From Lama glama (Eukaryota), in NCBI GenBank assembly GCA_028534125.1, contig CM052818.1:32800001-32864000 (forward strand): a stretch of DNA of 64,000 nt, read 5' to 3'. The notes under the pieces are model-generated. The model had not been told where the DNA came from, made no database searches, and saw only the letters and a list, made by a program, of their open reading frames with translations. The position numbers and the translations under genes are program-made. The stretch's first letter is position 1, and each line of letters opens with the position of its first letter. Positions 1 to 10,985 of this stretch are shown one piece after another.

Positions 1-2230
1 TTTTCTTGTTTATTAATTACTGAGAAAGGTACATTAATCTACTATGGTTGTGGTTTTCTCTCTTTCAACCTTTTGGTTCTAATAGCTTTTCTTTTTGTGT
101 TTTTGATCTGTATTATGAAATATCTAAACAATTTAAGATTGTTATATCATCCTGTTGAATTAACCATTTTAATTATGCAATGCCCTTCTTTGTCTCCAGT
201 GATTCTCCTTGCCTTACAGTTCTTTTCTGGCAAAAACATATAGCCAACTCAAAAAGTTTCTTTTGGTTAATATGTGCATAATATATTTTCCCCATTCTTT
301 TATTCACTCGTCTGTGCCTTTAAATTTAAACTATGTCCCCCCCCGCCAAAAAAATTTATACTATGTCCCTTTTAAACAGGAGACAGGTATTCAGAGGTTT
401 GTCTGGAGTGTTTGCTTCTTTCACATTTACTACAATCATTGACAAAGATGAGTTGAAGTCTACATCCTGTCATTTGTTTTGTCTCATCTGTTCTTTATTC
501 CTCTCTTCTTACATTTCTTTGGAGTAATCGATTATCTTCTATTATTCCATTTTTCTCCTCTATTAGCTTTTCAGTTATACATTCTTTTTCTTTTGGTGCT
601 CACTCTAGAGAAAATAAATGAACTCTTGACTGATTTCCACTCTCCAGACTTTTGTTCTACAGTTGCTATATACTGCTTCCACATATTTTAAAACCCACAA
701 GCCATATTATTTTATACAGTATTAATTTATATTTATTAATATTGATCCTTATTATTGTTCTTCATTTCTTCCTCCAATTCTGTGCTTTTATCATATTCTT
801 TCAACGTGAACTTTAAAGGAAGCAAAGGATACATTCTATGATTTGGTATAAGAATCTAAAGCATTTTCTAGTGCCAGTCTACTTTTAATAAATTTTCTTA
901 GTTTTAGTTTGTCTTCATTTTACCTTCACTTTTCACAAGGATATGCCCATTGAATTTAGAATTCTACGTTAGCATTATTACTGTCCTCCTGAATGTAGTA
1001 ACTTATTATTATTGTTGCCTTATTATTGTCCTCCTGAAAGTAATGACTTCTTTCCCCTGGGAGCTTTTAAGATTTTCTTTTTCTTTGATTCTTAGCAGTT
1101 AAGTCTATGATGGGTCTTCTCAACATGATTTTATTTACATTTCTCCTACTTGGAATTCACAGAGCTTCTTCACTCTGTGTTTTGGCATCTTTCTCAATTT
1201 TGGAAAATTCTTGGTTAACAGATCTTTTATTCCACATCTCTTCTCCTTCTGGGAATCTCATTATACACGTTAACCTCCCCATTATCTCCTGTTGCTTTCT
1301 TTCTGTATCTCCCCTCTATTTTTTCTCTCAACACTACAAAATTTCTACTCAACTTTTTTTTTCTAGTTTATTACTTCTCTATTTTGCTGTTTCTAATTTG
1401 CTAATAAACCCAACCAATAAATTCTGAATTTTAGTTAATGTATTTTTCAGTCGTAGTTTCCAGGTTTCTGATAAATTTTGTTTCCTCTTTACCTTGAGCA
1501 TATTAAATCAGTGACCTTAAATTCTATGTGACCTCTAGTACATGAGTTATCTGTAGATTTATACTTTCTTCTCTTAATTTTTGGTCAGTTAATCCTGTTA
1601 ACATTCCCTTTAGTATTTCACTGAACGAAACATTTGACTATGAATAGTTCTAGATGACATATTCCTCCATAGAGGGTGCTTTCCTTTTAGCAGCAGACAG
1701 TAACCAAGGACTCACCCACACTTTCTTGAGAGCTAGTCTATTTCATTTTGCCCTCAATCTTAGGGACTGGCCATGTTGGGGGTCTCAGTGGAAAACTCAG
1801 AGTATAATATGACCTCTTACTTCCCAAGGTTTGAACTTCAACTTTTGCCTCTCTGGTACTAGGGGGATGCTGGAATCTGCTCGATCTTTAGCTTCCCAGA
1901 TATTGTTTTCTTCTGGGTTTCTTATAATCTTCTCTTACACATCTGTACCTTAGCAGTCAATGATTTTAGGGGGACCTGACTGCAGATTTTGAGGTTAGAG
2001 TCTATGTAGTTCTCTCCTCTTTTGGACTTAAGTTTCAACTGCTTTAGTGGCCCCAGACTTCCACCTCTCCTCTTTAGTCCAGTAAGACTGCCACTTTGTA
2101 TTTGGAATCTAGTCCCTCATACCTCCGGGATAAAAGCCACAGTGACTGGTAGACTCACTGGTGCTTCTCTTCTCTTAAAGATCAAAACTCTCAAAAATTT
2201 CCTGTGTTGGTTGCTCTTCAACAACGGAAT
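1..2230 (-). mobile_element. Ancient LINE-1 (L1M-type) 5' portion: ORF2 start, ORF1 and 5' UTR remnant
   Basis: T-rich strand resembling the reverse complement of the L1 endonuclease region (e.g. ccattttaattatgcaatgcccttctttgtctc, ~165-195), followed by ORF1-like sequence. Heavily decayed. Confidence 0.7.
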
Positions 2231-2455
2231 AGCTGCTCAAGTAAAAACAGGAGCATATAAAATATGATTACTGGTACACACCAGAAATTCAAATTATATG
2301 AAGTATTTTGAGGAATATCTTGCCAAGGCCTAGACACTAGGAACCCATACCCCATGTTATCTGAGTAAATCAGTCATGCAACTTAGGTGGAAGCATCAAG
2401 GTCTCCTGACCCCTGATAAGGAAATCTTTCTGCACAATCATGTTTACATCAGAAA

Positions 2456-4580
2456 AGGGGGAAAACACTAAGGCCTGAGGGTCAAATTTGGTTCAATCCT
2501 GTTCTTGTGTGTTAACAGTAATTTTTATACTTTTAAAAACAGCTGGGGGGAGGAAGTGGGAGAAGAACAGTATTATATGAAATTCAAATGTGTTAGTGTC
2601 CACAAATAGTTTTATTGGAACATAACCACATTTATTCATTTATGTATTATCTATGGGTACTTCTGCGATACAATGGCAGAGTTGAGTAGTTGCAACAGAG
2701 ATCACAAGGGGCACCCTCATGGCTTTGCACTGCTTCCCAGGGTGATAGAAATTGCGGGGGTGCAGTTATAACATGAGAGTGTCTTGAATGTCTACTGCTG
2801 TGTGCAACATTTTATTTTACTTTCATTACCAGTGCATACTCATCATGTCAAAGGAAGAAAAGTGGAATGTGAACATCTAAGGCATAGTGGAGTGTGGATT
2901 ATTTTGTTACTGAATTTGATGACTAGGCACTGTATTTATGATGTTATAGCTGTGCTAAAAGAATACAACATATGTCCACATTACCAAACTAAGCACTCAT
3001 CACAACATTCCAACTCATAGGAAAGTAAAAATCGAAAAAAATTTCTAAAACTTTAAATGGAATCTCATCACAGCAGAATTTCTTCACAAAAATAAAAATG
3101 AGGCTGCAAAGAGTAAGTTTCCAACTGGTTTATGTGTTGGCAAGCAAGGAAAGCCATTTATTAATGGAGAGTTAATCAAATCATGTTTGGGAAAGCCAAA
3201 GAAATATGTCTTGAGACAATAATGTATTTACTAATCTTTCTGTAAAAACAGTTCTTGAAGAGTTGAGGATATTGGAAACAACATCAATAATCAATTAAAA
3301 AAAACGAAATAAATGATTCTGAGCTGTTTTCTTCAACTCTTGATGAGTTCACAGGTATTACCAACACTTTGTTGTTGTTTACTTGAGGAGCCAATACTGA
3401 ATGTGAAGTGACTGAAAAGTTAGTGACTCGAATAGTCTGTGTGGAATGAACACAGGCAAGAAAATTTCCAAAGCAGCTAAGGAAAGGAAAAGAAAACACT
3501 GACTGGAAGTAAAAATATGCTTGAAGCAGGAAAAGACTTCACTGGACAATTTTACAAAGCTTGTGAAAATTTAAGGTGTTTAAAGTTTATGGTGCAAATA
3601 GTAGCAGTGGAAAAATATTTTAATCTATCATATTACTGAACTAGTGGTATTAATGATCCACTTCATTAGCTCTCATGAACTTAGCAATTCAGTGGTTTAG
3701 TAGTGATAAGGTTTTATCATGATTTTTTTGACCTCAGGGCTAATACTGAAATTTTTCTGAACGAGAAGAATCACCTTCTATCACTACTATTAAACACTGA
3801 GTAGGTTTTATAAATTATATTTTGCTGCAAATCTGATGTTTCTTAATAATTCAACCTAAAATTAAAATGCAAAAAAAAATGCTTATGTGTAAAACGTATA
3901 CTGTACTAAGTCACTTTAACAACTAATGTTGCTTGAATCACAAGCAAATATCAGGTTGCTTTATACAGTTCCAGTGCTGTCAAAAGTTAAAACAAGTGCA
4001 GTGAGATCTTCATTCCCTCACAGATTTGCACTGGATATTATTTTCCAAGCTCAAAACCACAGTTCCAACAGCATTCTTCAAACTTCAATGCTAGTGCAAA
4101 ATACATCACAATCCACTTAACTGTGCAGTTGAGGAGCTGCCACCTAACCTCTCATGGAGTAATGTAATGACATGCTAAAAGGCAAATATCAAGAGAAGAC
4201 TAATAAAATTCTCTAAATACCTTCCAAGTGATGACTAAAATCACTTAACTAAAATCATATGCTTGTGGATTGACATTAGTCCTGGCAGTACCTACCTATC
4301 TGCTGTAAATGACAGTTTCCAAGATGAAATTCAAAACTCTCATCTCAGACCAGCATTAACAGATGAACATTTTCTGATTTTGATACAAAACAATGCCTCT
4401 GAATCTCAATTAAGCAAAATGTTATCTCCTCCCCCAAAGAAGTCTCCTCTTCTCATGATTATAAAAAATTATACTCAAGCATTATATTTCAAATTTAATT
4501 GTCACATAAAAACTTTTTCAATGCAGTTCTGTCTTTTAAATTACAAATGGTGTGATACGTCTTTATGTGTTTTGTGTGTA
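2456..4580 (+). mobile_element. Cheshire-type hAT-Charlie DNA transposon fossil with decayed transposase
   Basis: MER58-like 5' end (2456-2705), then transposase remnants in order: AVLKEYNICPHYQTKH (~2949-2997), GKPFINGELIKSC (~3148-3186), LDEFTGIT (~3339-3362), QWFSSDKVL (~3690-3716), GSTYL...LTDEH (~4284-4370). Frameshifted with stops; 3' boundary uncertain. Confidence 0.82.
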
Positions 4581-5004
4581 TATATCTTACCTTTCAATAA
4601 CCATCTGTTATTTTCTCCAGGAAGTTCTTACTAATAACTGCCTTTGTAAAACAGAAAGAATGCTAAGAAAATATAATTCCAGTATTATATTTGCCTCATA
4701 ATATCTTAGTAATTTTCACTGACCTTTAATATTTTAATTTCTACCCTACCAAAAAGATTCACTCAAGGTTATAAACTAATCAACAGCAAAATTAACTTAA
4801 ATCTAGATGTCCTAAATTTTTTCTCTATGTTGAAATGGCATTTTCTTCATATTTAGTATAAATCTACTTTAAGTCACAAAAAGGAAAAAAAAGTAACATT
4901 TTTGTAACTGGCTAGAATGTGAAATCTTGGTTTTAAATGAAAGAATTAGGCAACTGCCATAACTTCAATTTGTCTTAAGTCTGCCTGACAGGAATAATTA
5001 ATGT

Positions 5005-5160
5005 GACTTCAGAGCCTATAGATGGCCTCCAGGAGCTCTGTATAATAAACCAAACGATAATAAAATAATATTGTGTATGCACATGAACATGTATATTTTT
5101 CTGAGAAGGCCCAGGGCTTTCATGAACTCTCAAAGGGGTCTGTGAATTGTCATAAGTTAA
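5005..5160. mobile_element. Short non-autonomous hAT-like (MER-type) fragment
   Basis: gctttcatgaactctcaaaggggtctgtga...aagttaa resembles hAT-Charlie MITE termini; family not resolved. Confidence 0.45.
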
Positions 5161-5231
5161 AAAAAAAAATTCCAGGTACACTAGCAAACAAATAAATAAT
5201 GAAAAAAGAGTAAAGAAGAAATTTAACAGAT

Positions 5232-5480
5232 ATGGGGAGGCGGGGGGTGGGAAGGGACAGACTGGGATTTCAAAATGTAGAAAAGATAAACAAGATTATA
5301 CTGTATAGCACAGGGAAATATATACAAGATCTTGTGGTAGCTCACAGTGAAAAAAATGTGACAATGAATATATGTATGTTCATGTATAACTGAAAAACTG
5401 TGCTCTACACTGGAATTTGACACAACATTGTGAAATGACTATAACTTAATTTAAAAAAAAAGTTAAAACAAACAAAAAAC
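5232..5480 (+). mobile_element. Camelid-type LINE-1 3' end (5'-truncated)
   Basis: gggacagactgggatttcaaaatgtag...tatagcacagggaaatatatacaagatcttgtggtagctcac...cacaacattgtgaaatgactataact followed by an A-rich tail. Confidence 0.85.
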
Positions 5481-5533
5481 ACACACAGGGGATGGCCAGA
5501 CATCTCAGGAATGGAAAAAGGAGTGCCCTAGCC

Positions 5534-7480
5534 CAACAGTTCTCAGAGTGTGATCCTCCTATTCATTGTGTTGACATCTGCATGGTGGTGGGTAAAACTG
5601 CCAGCACCTCAGCAGAAACCAAGTCAGAGGCACCAATCTGCCACGCACTTACAGTGAAACAAGAAAGGTCCAGTTTCGGAGGGTGCGGAGAAAGGGAACC
5701 CTCTTACAGTGTTGGTGAGAATGCAATTTAGTGCAGCACACTATGGAAAACAGTATGGAGATTCCTTAAAAAACTGAAAATAGAGGTACCATATCATCAG
5801 TAATCCCACTCCTGGGCATATACCCAGAGAAAACTCTAATTTGAAAAGATATATGCATCCCAATGTTCATAGCAGCACTATTTTCAATAGCAAAGCCATG
5901 GAAGCAACCTAATTGTCCATCAACAGATGACTGGATAAAGACGTGCTGTGTGTACATACACAACAGAATACTACTCAGCCATAAAAAAAAGAATGAAACA
6001 ATGACATTTGCAGCAACATGGATGGACCTAGAGATGATCATACTAAGTGAAGTAAGTCAGACAGAGAAACACAAGTATCATACGATATCACTTACATGTG
6101 GAGTCTAAAAAAATGATTCAAATGAACTTATTTACAAAACAGAAATAGACTCACAGGCATAGGAAAACAAACTTGTGCTTACCAAACAGGAAGGTAGGGG
6201 AGGGATAAATTAGGAGTTTGAGATTAGCAGATACATACTACTATATATAAAACAGGTAAATAAGGTCCTACTTTACAGCACAGGGAGTTATTCAATTCTT
6301 ATAATAACCTATAATAAAAAATGAAAAAGAATATATATTTGTATATTTAAATCACTATGTTATACACCAGAAACTAACACAACATTGTAAATCAACTATA
6401 CTTCAATAAAAAAATGTAAAAGGCCCGGTTTTACTTAAAAATGCCCCTGATAAAAGCAATAAAAGCAATCAATTTTATTAAATCTCCACCATCAGTATAC
6501 ATCTTTTTAATATTCTGCATAATGAAAAGGAAAATACCCATGAAGCATTTCTGTTGCATATCAAAGTACAATGGTTGTCTTTAAGAAAAGCATTTGTATG
6601 ACTTTTAGTTTCAAGCTGATCTAGCTACTTTTTTTCACAGAACATCTTTTTTACTGGAAAGCACAACTGACAAACTCTGGTTATTCACACTTAAGATACT
6701 TAACAGATAGTCTTGAAAATGAACAAAGACTGTCATTTCAAAGAAAACAACTGACAGTATTTGTTGCTAGCGAAAATTAAAGTTGTGGAAACCTTGCATC
6801 CAGCACCATGAATTTGACAGCTTCTTCATACTTAAGGACTCTTCTGATCCCTTGTTGTAATATTAAAAAATGGGACTTTTTTGATGTTGTATAAAATGTG
6901 TCAGCATTTGAACATCTACATTAACTCAGCTTAATCAGTATTTTCAAAATGACCAACCCATGTTACAAAACCGTTTGTAAGATTCATTTAAAATGCAACA
7001 TAGATTAATGGACTTTAGTGTAAGAGAACAGTATTTCAGATTCTACGTTACAACTAACCACTTGTCAATTTCTGGTATAATATTAAAGACTATCCATCAT
7101 TATCTAAAAAGGCTATTAAAATACTCCTTCCTTTTCCAACTACACTGCAAAAGTACAGATTTTCTTCATATACTTCAACTAAAACAATGTATCAGAACAA
7201 ACTGAGGCAAAGCAGATATGAGAATTCCACTGTTATCTATAAAACCAAGCATTAAAGAGATGTGCTTATCATTAATTTTTTTGCTTTAGAAAACAAACAC
7301 TATTAATGCTAAAATGAATAATTATTGCTATTTTACAAGAATTAAAGAATATTTTTAAACTCTCAGTTTAAATTTCTAACAAAGTACTGATAAATAACTC
7401 ACATAAATAAAAGTTCTTGTCCTCAATTCTTTTCATGAGTATATAGTAATCCCAAGATTAAAAAAGTTTTAAGTCCATGA
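5534..7480 (+). mobile_element. Charlie1a-like hAT transposon, interrupted by an L1 insertion
   Basis: TIR-like caacagttctcagagtgtgatcc at 5534. Transposase remnant (INFIKS...LFNILHNE...FLLHIKVQWLS-like, ~6435-6600). Charlie1 3' sequence gcagatatgagaattccactgt... ending aaaaagttttaagtccatg at ~7479. Confidence 0.85.
5678..6418 (+). mobile_element. LINE-1 3' end (ORF2 C-terminus and 3' UTR), cetartiodactyl type, nested in Charlie1a
   Basis: ORF 5863-6108 MFIAALFSIAKPWKQPNCPSTDDWIK...MTFAATWMDLEMIILSEVSQ is the L1 ORF2 C-terminus. Ends in aataaa plus A tail. Diverged TSD aaaggtccagtttc / aaaggcccggtttt. Confidence 0.93.
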
Positions 7481-7814
7481 CTCTCTAGTCCCTAGCCAAA
7501 AGAAAGCTAATAACCAAATCCCCTTAAACGACCTTTCATGATTTTATTCTCCCTAGGAATATTGCTCCCCCTCAGCACCAACGCCAGTATGTCAAATCAG
7601 ATTATGAACTCTGGATAATGGGAATAGGAAAGAAATGTTTTATGTATACATACATACAACATACAGTGGTTGTATGAAATAACACAATGTGGAGGGCACA
7701 TCTGTTAGATCCTCACAAGGAATAGCCTTCCCAAAAATTACTATGGGGAGAATCCAGAGCTCAGTAGCGTAAGCAGCCCTCTGTAACCTTAACTCAGCTC
7801 AGGTTTATCCTAAA

Positions 7815-7990
7815 CAATAACAATAACAGCTAACATTTTCTGAGCTTTTATTTTGTTCAAGTCCTTTACCAGCTTAATCTTTACAGATACGTTATTAAGC
7901 AGATATTTATTATTATCATCTCCAAAATGCATTAGAAACTGGGGCAGAGCTGAAATTAAAATACATGCAGACCCTGTACCCTAACCAGTG
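7815..7990 (-). mobile_element. MIR SINE fragment
   Basis: aataacagctaacattttctgagc...tattattatcatctcc...gaaactggggcagag is the reverse complement of the MIR core. Confidence 0.65.
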
Positions 7991-9554
7991 TATACATGGC
8001 CTCCCACTACATCAATACTTACTGATGTACCTTGGGTAAACACTTAATTGAGTGTACATCTGATTATCATAGAGGTTTCACATAACTACTGCAGTTAGGG
8101 TCTGATGTTCATAAAATATATTCCTTTTTTGTCATTATATAATTTAGATCTCTCATTTTTACTCGGAAGCCTGGTTATTTTCTTTCACTTCTTTAGCTCA
8201 ATTATTTGATAAATATTCAAATAACACAGACGAACCTACAAGTACCTGTAAAGTTTCCTTCTCAGTTTACTATTTAAAATAAAAAGAGCAATAATAACTG
8301 CTGATAAAGGACAACTGCCACTGTCCTTTTACTACTTTTCCTACTGCATGGCAAGTACCAACCTACACTAGGAGCTGAATTTCTGCATTAAGCCAGGAAA
8401 ACAACTGGCTACTGTTATTTATTCTTATTTAACTTCAGAATGAGTTTCTGCATTTTTAGTCCTCTACCTCTAATTGTGGAATAACGACTTAATTTCTACT
8501 AAAGTGTTTTCATTTTATCTAACAGACGGAAAATCTGAGGTATAGTATATTTCAAGAATGAGGTGTAAAAATAAATTACATTTCACCTACCAATAAGCAA
8601 GACTTCAAAGTCAATCTTAGCGGAGAGTGGAGGGTGTATAAAAAAAGTTGTAAACTTGATCTTTCTGCTTCCGATCTTCACTGATCTTCTATTTTTCCAA
8701 AAGAATAAGCCTTGAAATGGTTATTTACAGCTGCTAGAGGAGTGATTGCTGCCTGAGGGTATAAATTTGTATCCACTCAAAATTAAACCCTAGAAGATTC
8801 AACTGGGAATTCCAATCCTCCACCACCACACCACTGCTAAGCCAACTGACATTTACAGACCATTTCTTCTTGTATCCCTATAGCCCAAGATCTCGAGGAT
8901 AATCTTTGTTTCAGAAACTGAGATTTTAATTTCTAAATATCTTGACGCTCTTATACACCTGCATTATCTTACCAGTTAAGAGTTATTTGACAATGTATGC
9001 AATTGGAATGGATACTTTGTTCAATGGTAAATGTGGATAAGACGTAAGAGAAAAAACCCTACTGGATAAAATCTACTATCTTCTCATAAATCCTAAATCT
9101 TAATAAAGCCTTGTCTTTAGGCTCAAATGTAAATAGATTTCTAAATCCCAATGAATCCTAATCTTGGATTTAGACAATTACCAAAAAAGCTCCAGCTCTG
9201 TTTTCAAATAACACTGGACTACTTCTTCAAATGGTCCGTTTCCCTTACCTAGTGGAACTGACAGAAAAACCAAGCACGCAACCAACCTAATTTCTGAGTC
9301 AGTTAAACAATGTACCATCTTCATGCCTTTTCTAGTTTCTCATCTAAAAAGAAGCAAAAAAGAGAACGTATCTCCCAGACGATCTTTCTTATTCCCCAAC
9401 CTGCTCTTTTCTAACAGACCTGGCCTTGGGTCTACACACAACACTTTCCCTGCAAAAGTTGAGGTTGCCAAGATCAACTAGCACTTCCTTCAAACTGCCT
9501 AACCTTTAGACTGCTGGGTCACAATTAAACAATTTAATCAGAAAAGAGGCTTTA

Positions 9555-10283
9555 AACAGTCTGGCAGTTCCTCAAAAGGTTAAATATAGAGTCACCATTT
9601 GACCTAGCAATTCCACCCCCAGCTATATATACTCAAGGGAAATGAAAACATATGCCCACACAAACACTGGACATGAACATTCATAGGAGCATTATTCGCA
9701 ATAGCCAAAAAGGAGAAACAACTCAAATGTCCATCAAGTGACAAATGGATAAATAAAATGTGGTATATTCATAACAAAATATTATTCAGCCATAACAGGG
9801 ATGAAGTACTGACACATGCTACAACATGGATGAACTTTAAAAACATTAAAAGGTGGGTGAGGAGGGCTATGAGTGAACTCTCTGTATTTTCTGCTCAATT
9901 CTGTTGTGAACCTGAAATTGCTATAAATGAACAAAGCTTATTTAAAAAAAAACATTAAAAGAAGCCAATCACAAGAGACCACGATGTATGATTTCATTCA
10001 CATGAAATGTCCAGAATAGGCAAAATCCACAGACAGAAAGTAGATTCGGGTAGCCTGTTCCTGGGGGGTGGGGAGGTGGAGGAATGAAGGGAAAAGGGAA
10101 ATGTCAGCTAATGGGAATAGTGCTGTGTTTGAGGGTGGTGGTGGTAAAAACGTTCGAAAGTTTATTGTGATGACTGGTGACTACACAACTTTGTGAGTAT
10201 ACTAAAAACCACTGAATTTTACGCTTCAAATAGGTGAAATTGTATGGTACCTGAATTACATCTCAATAAAACTGTTATTAAAA
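9555..10283 (+). mobile_element. L1MB-type LINE-1 3' end containing a nested ~95-bp L1 tail (9853-9947)
   Basis: ggcagttcctcaaaaggttaaatatagagtcaccatttgacctagcaattccac... through ...aattacatctcaataaaactgtt. The nested insert is flanked by aaaaacattaaaag direct repeats. Confidence 0.9.
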
Positions 10284-10819
10284 AGGGATGCTTTAATGTG
10301 ATTTCATTAATCTATTTTATTTTTCAAATCTATTCCTTTTTTAACCTTCAAAAGGACACAGAAGAGGAACTTCCCATCTGCTTAGTCAGTGTAACTAAAA
10401 TGTTAACAGTACATGATCCACAAGAAAGCAAAGGGGAGATATACACTAGATGATCACAGCAGTTCCACAAGCTGAGACATCTGACAGATTGAGATTAAAT
10501 GAAAAATGGATTAAAAAAACAAAACAAAAACACTCACGCCCCAAGATTTTCATAAAGCTATTAGTGGGCCAAAAATATAAACACAATCATATTCTGCCAC
10601 GTTAAGTTTATACTAATAGGCTACTAATATTGTGCTAATATTCTACAATTCATCTTGTAATATTCAAGATTAGCTTTGTGGCAAAATAAAAAAAATTTTA
10701 AAAAACTACTTTCTTTTTTTATCATACAGCAAACAGCATTTGAAGTATTTCAGAATACACTTCAATGACAAGGAAAAATGTTCTTGAAATACTTGAGACG
10801 TTAACTCATAAGGCTATAT

Positions 10820-10985
10820 AAACAATATTCTAATGATATAAAGAACATGAACAAAAATGCATCAAAATTTCAACAAGTTATCTCCAGATCGTGGAATTAA
10901 GAGGGGGACTTGGGTTTTAATTCCTCAGTGTTTCACAAGTTTTCTACAGTAAGAATGCTTACTTTTATAATCAGAAAAAAAAGCA
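10820..10985 (+). mobile_element. Old L1ME-type 3' end fragment
   Basis: ...aagtttctacagtaagaatgcttacttttataatcagaaaaaa resembles an L1ME terminus. Confidence 0.55.

Noticed and set aside
8695..8712. Short resemblance (ttccaaaagaataagc) to expected PPP1CB exon 2 sequence
   Set aside because: Flanks do not encode the PP1-beta sequence; chance match.
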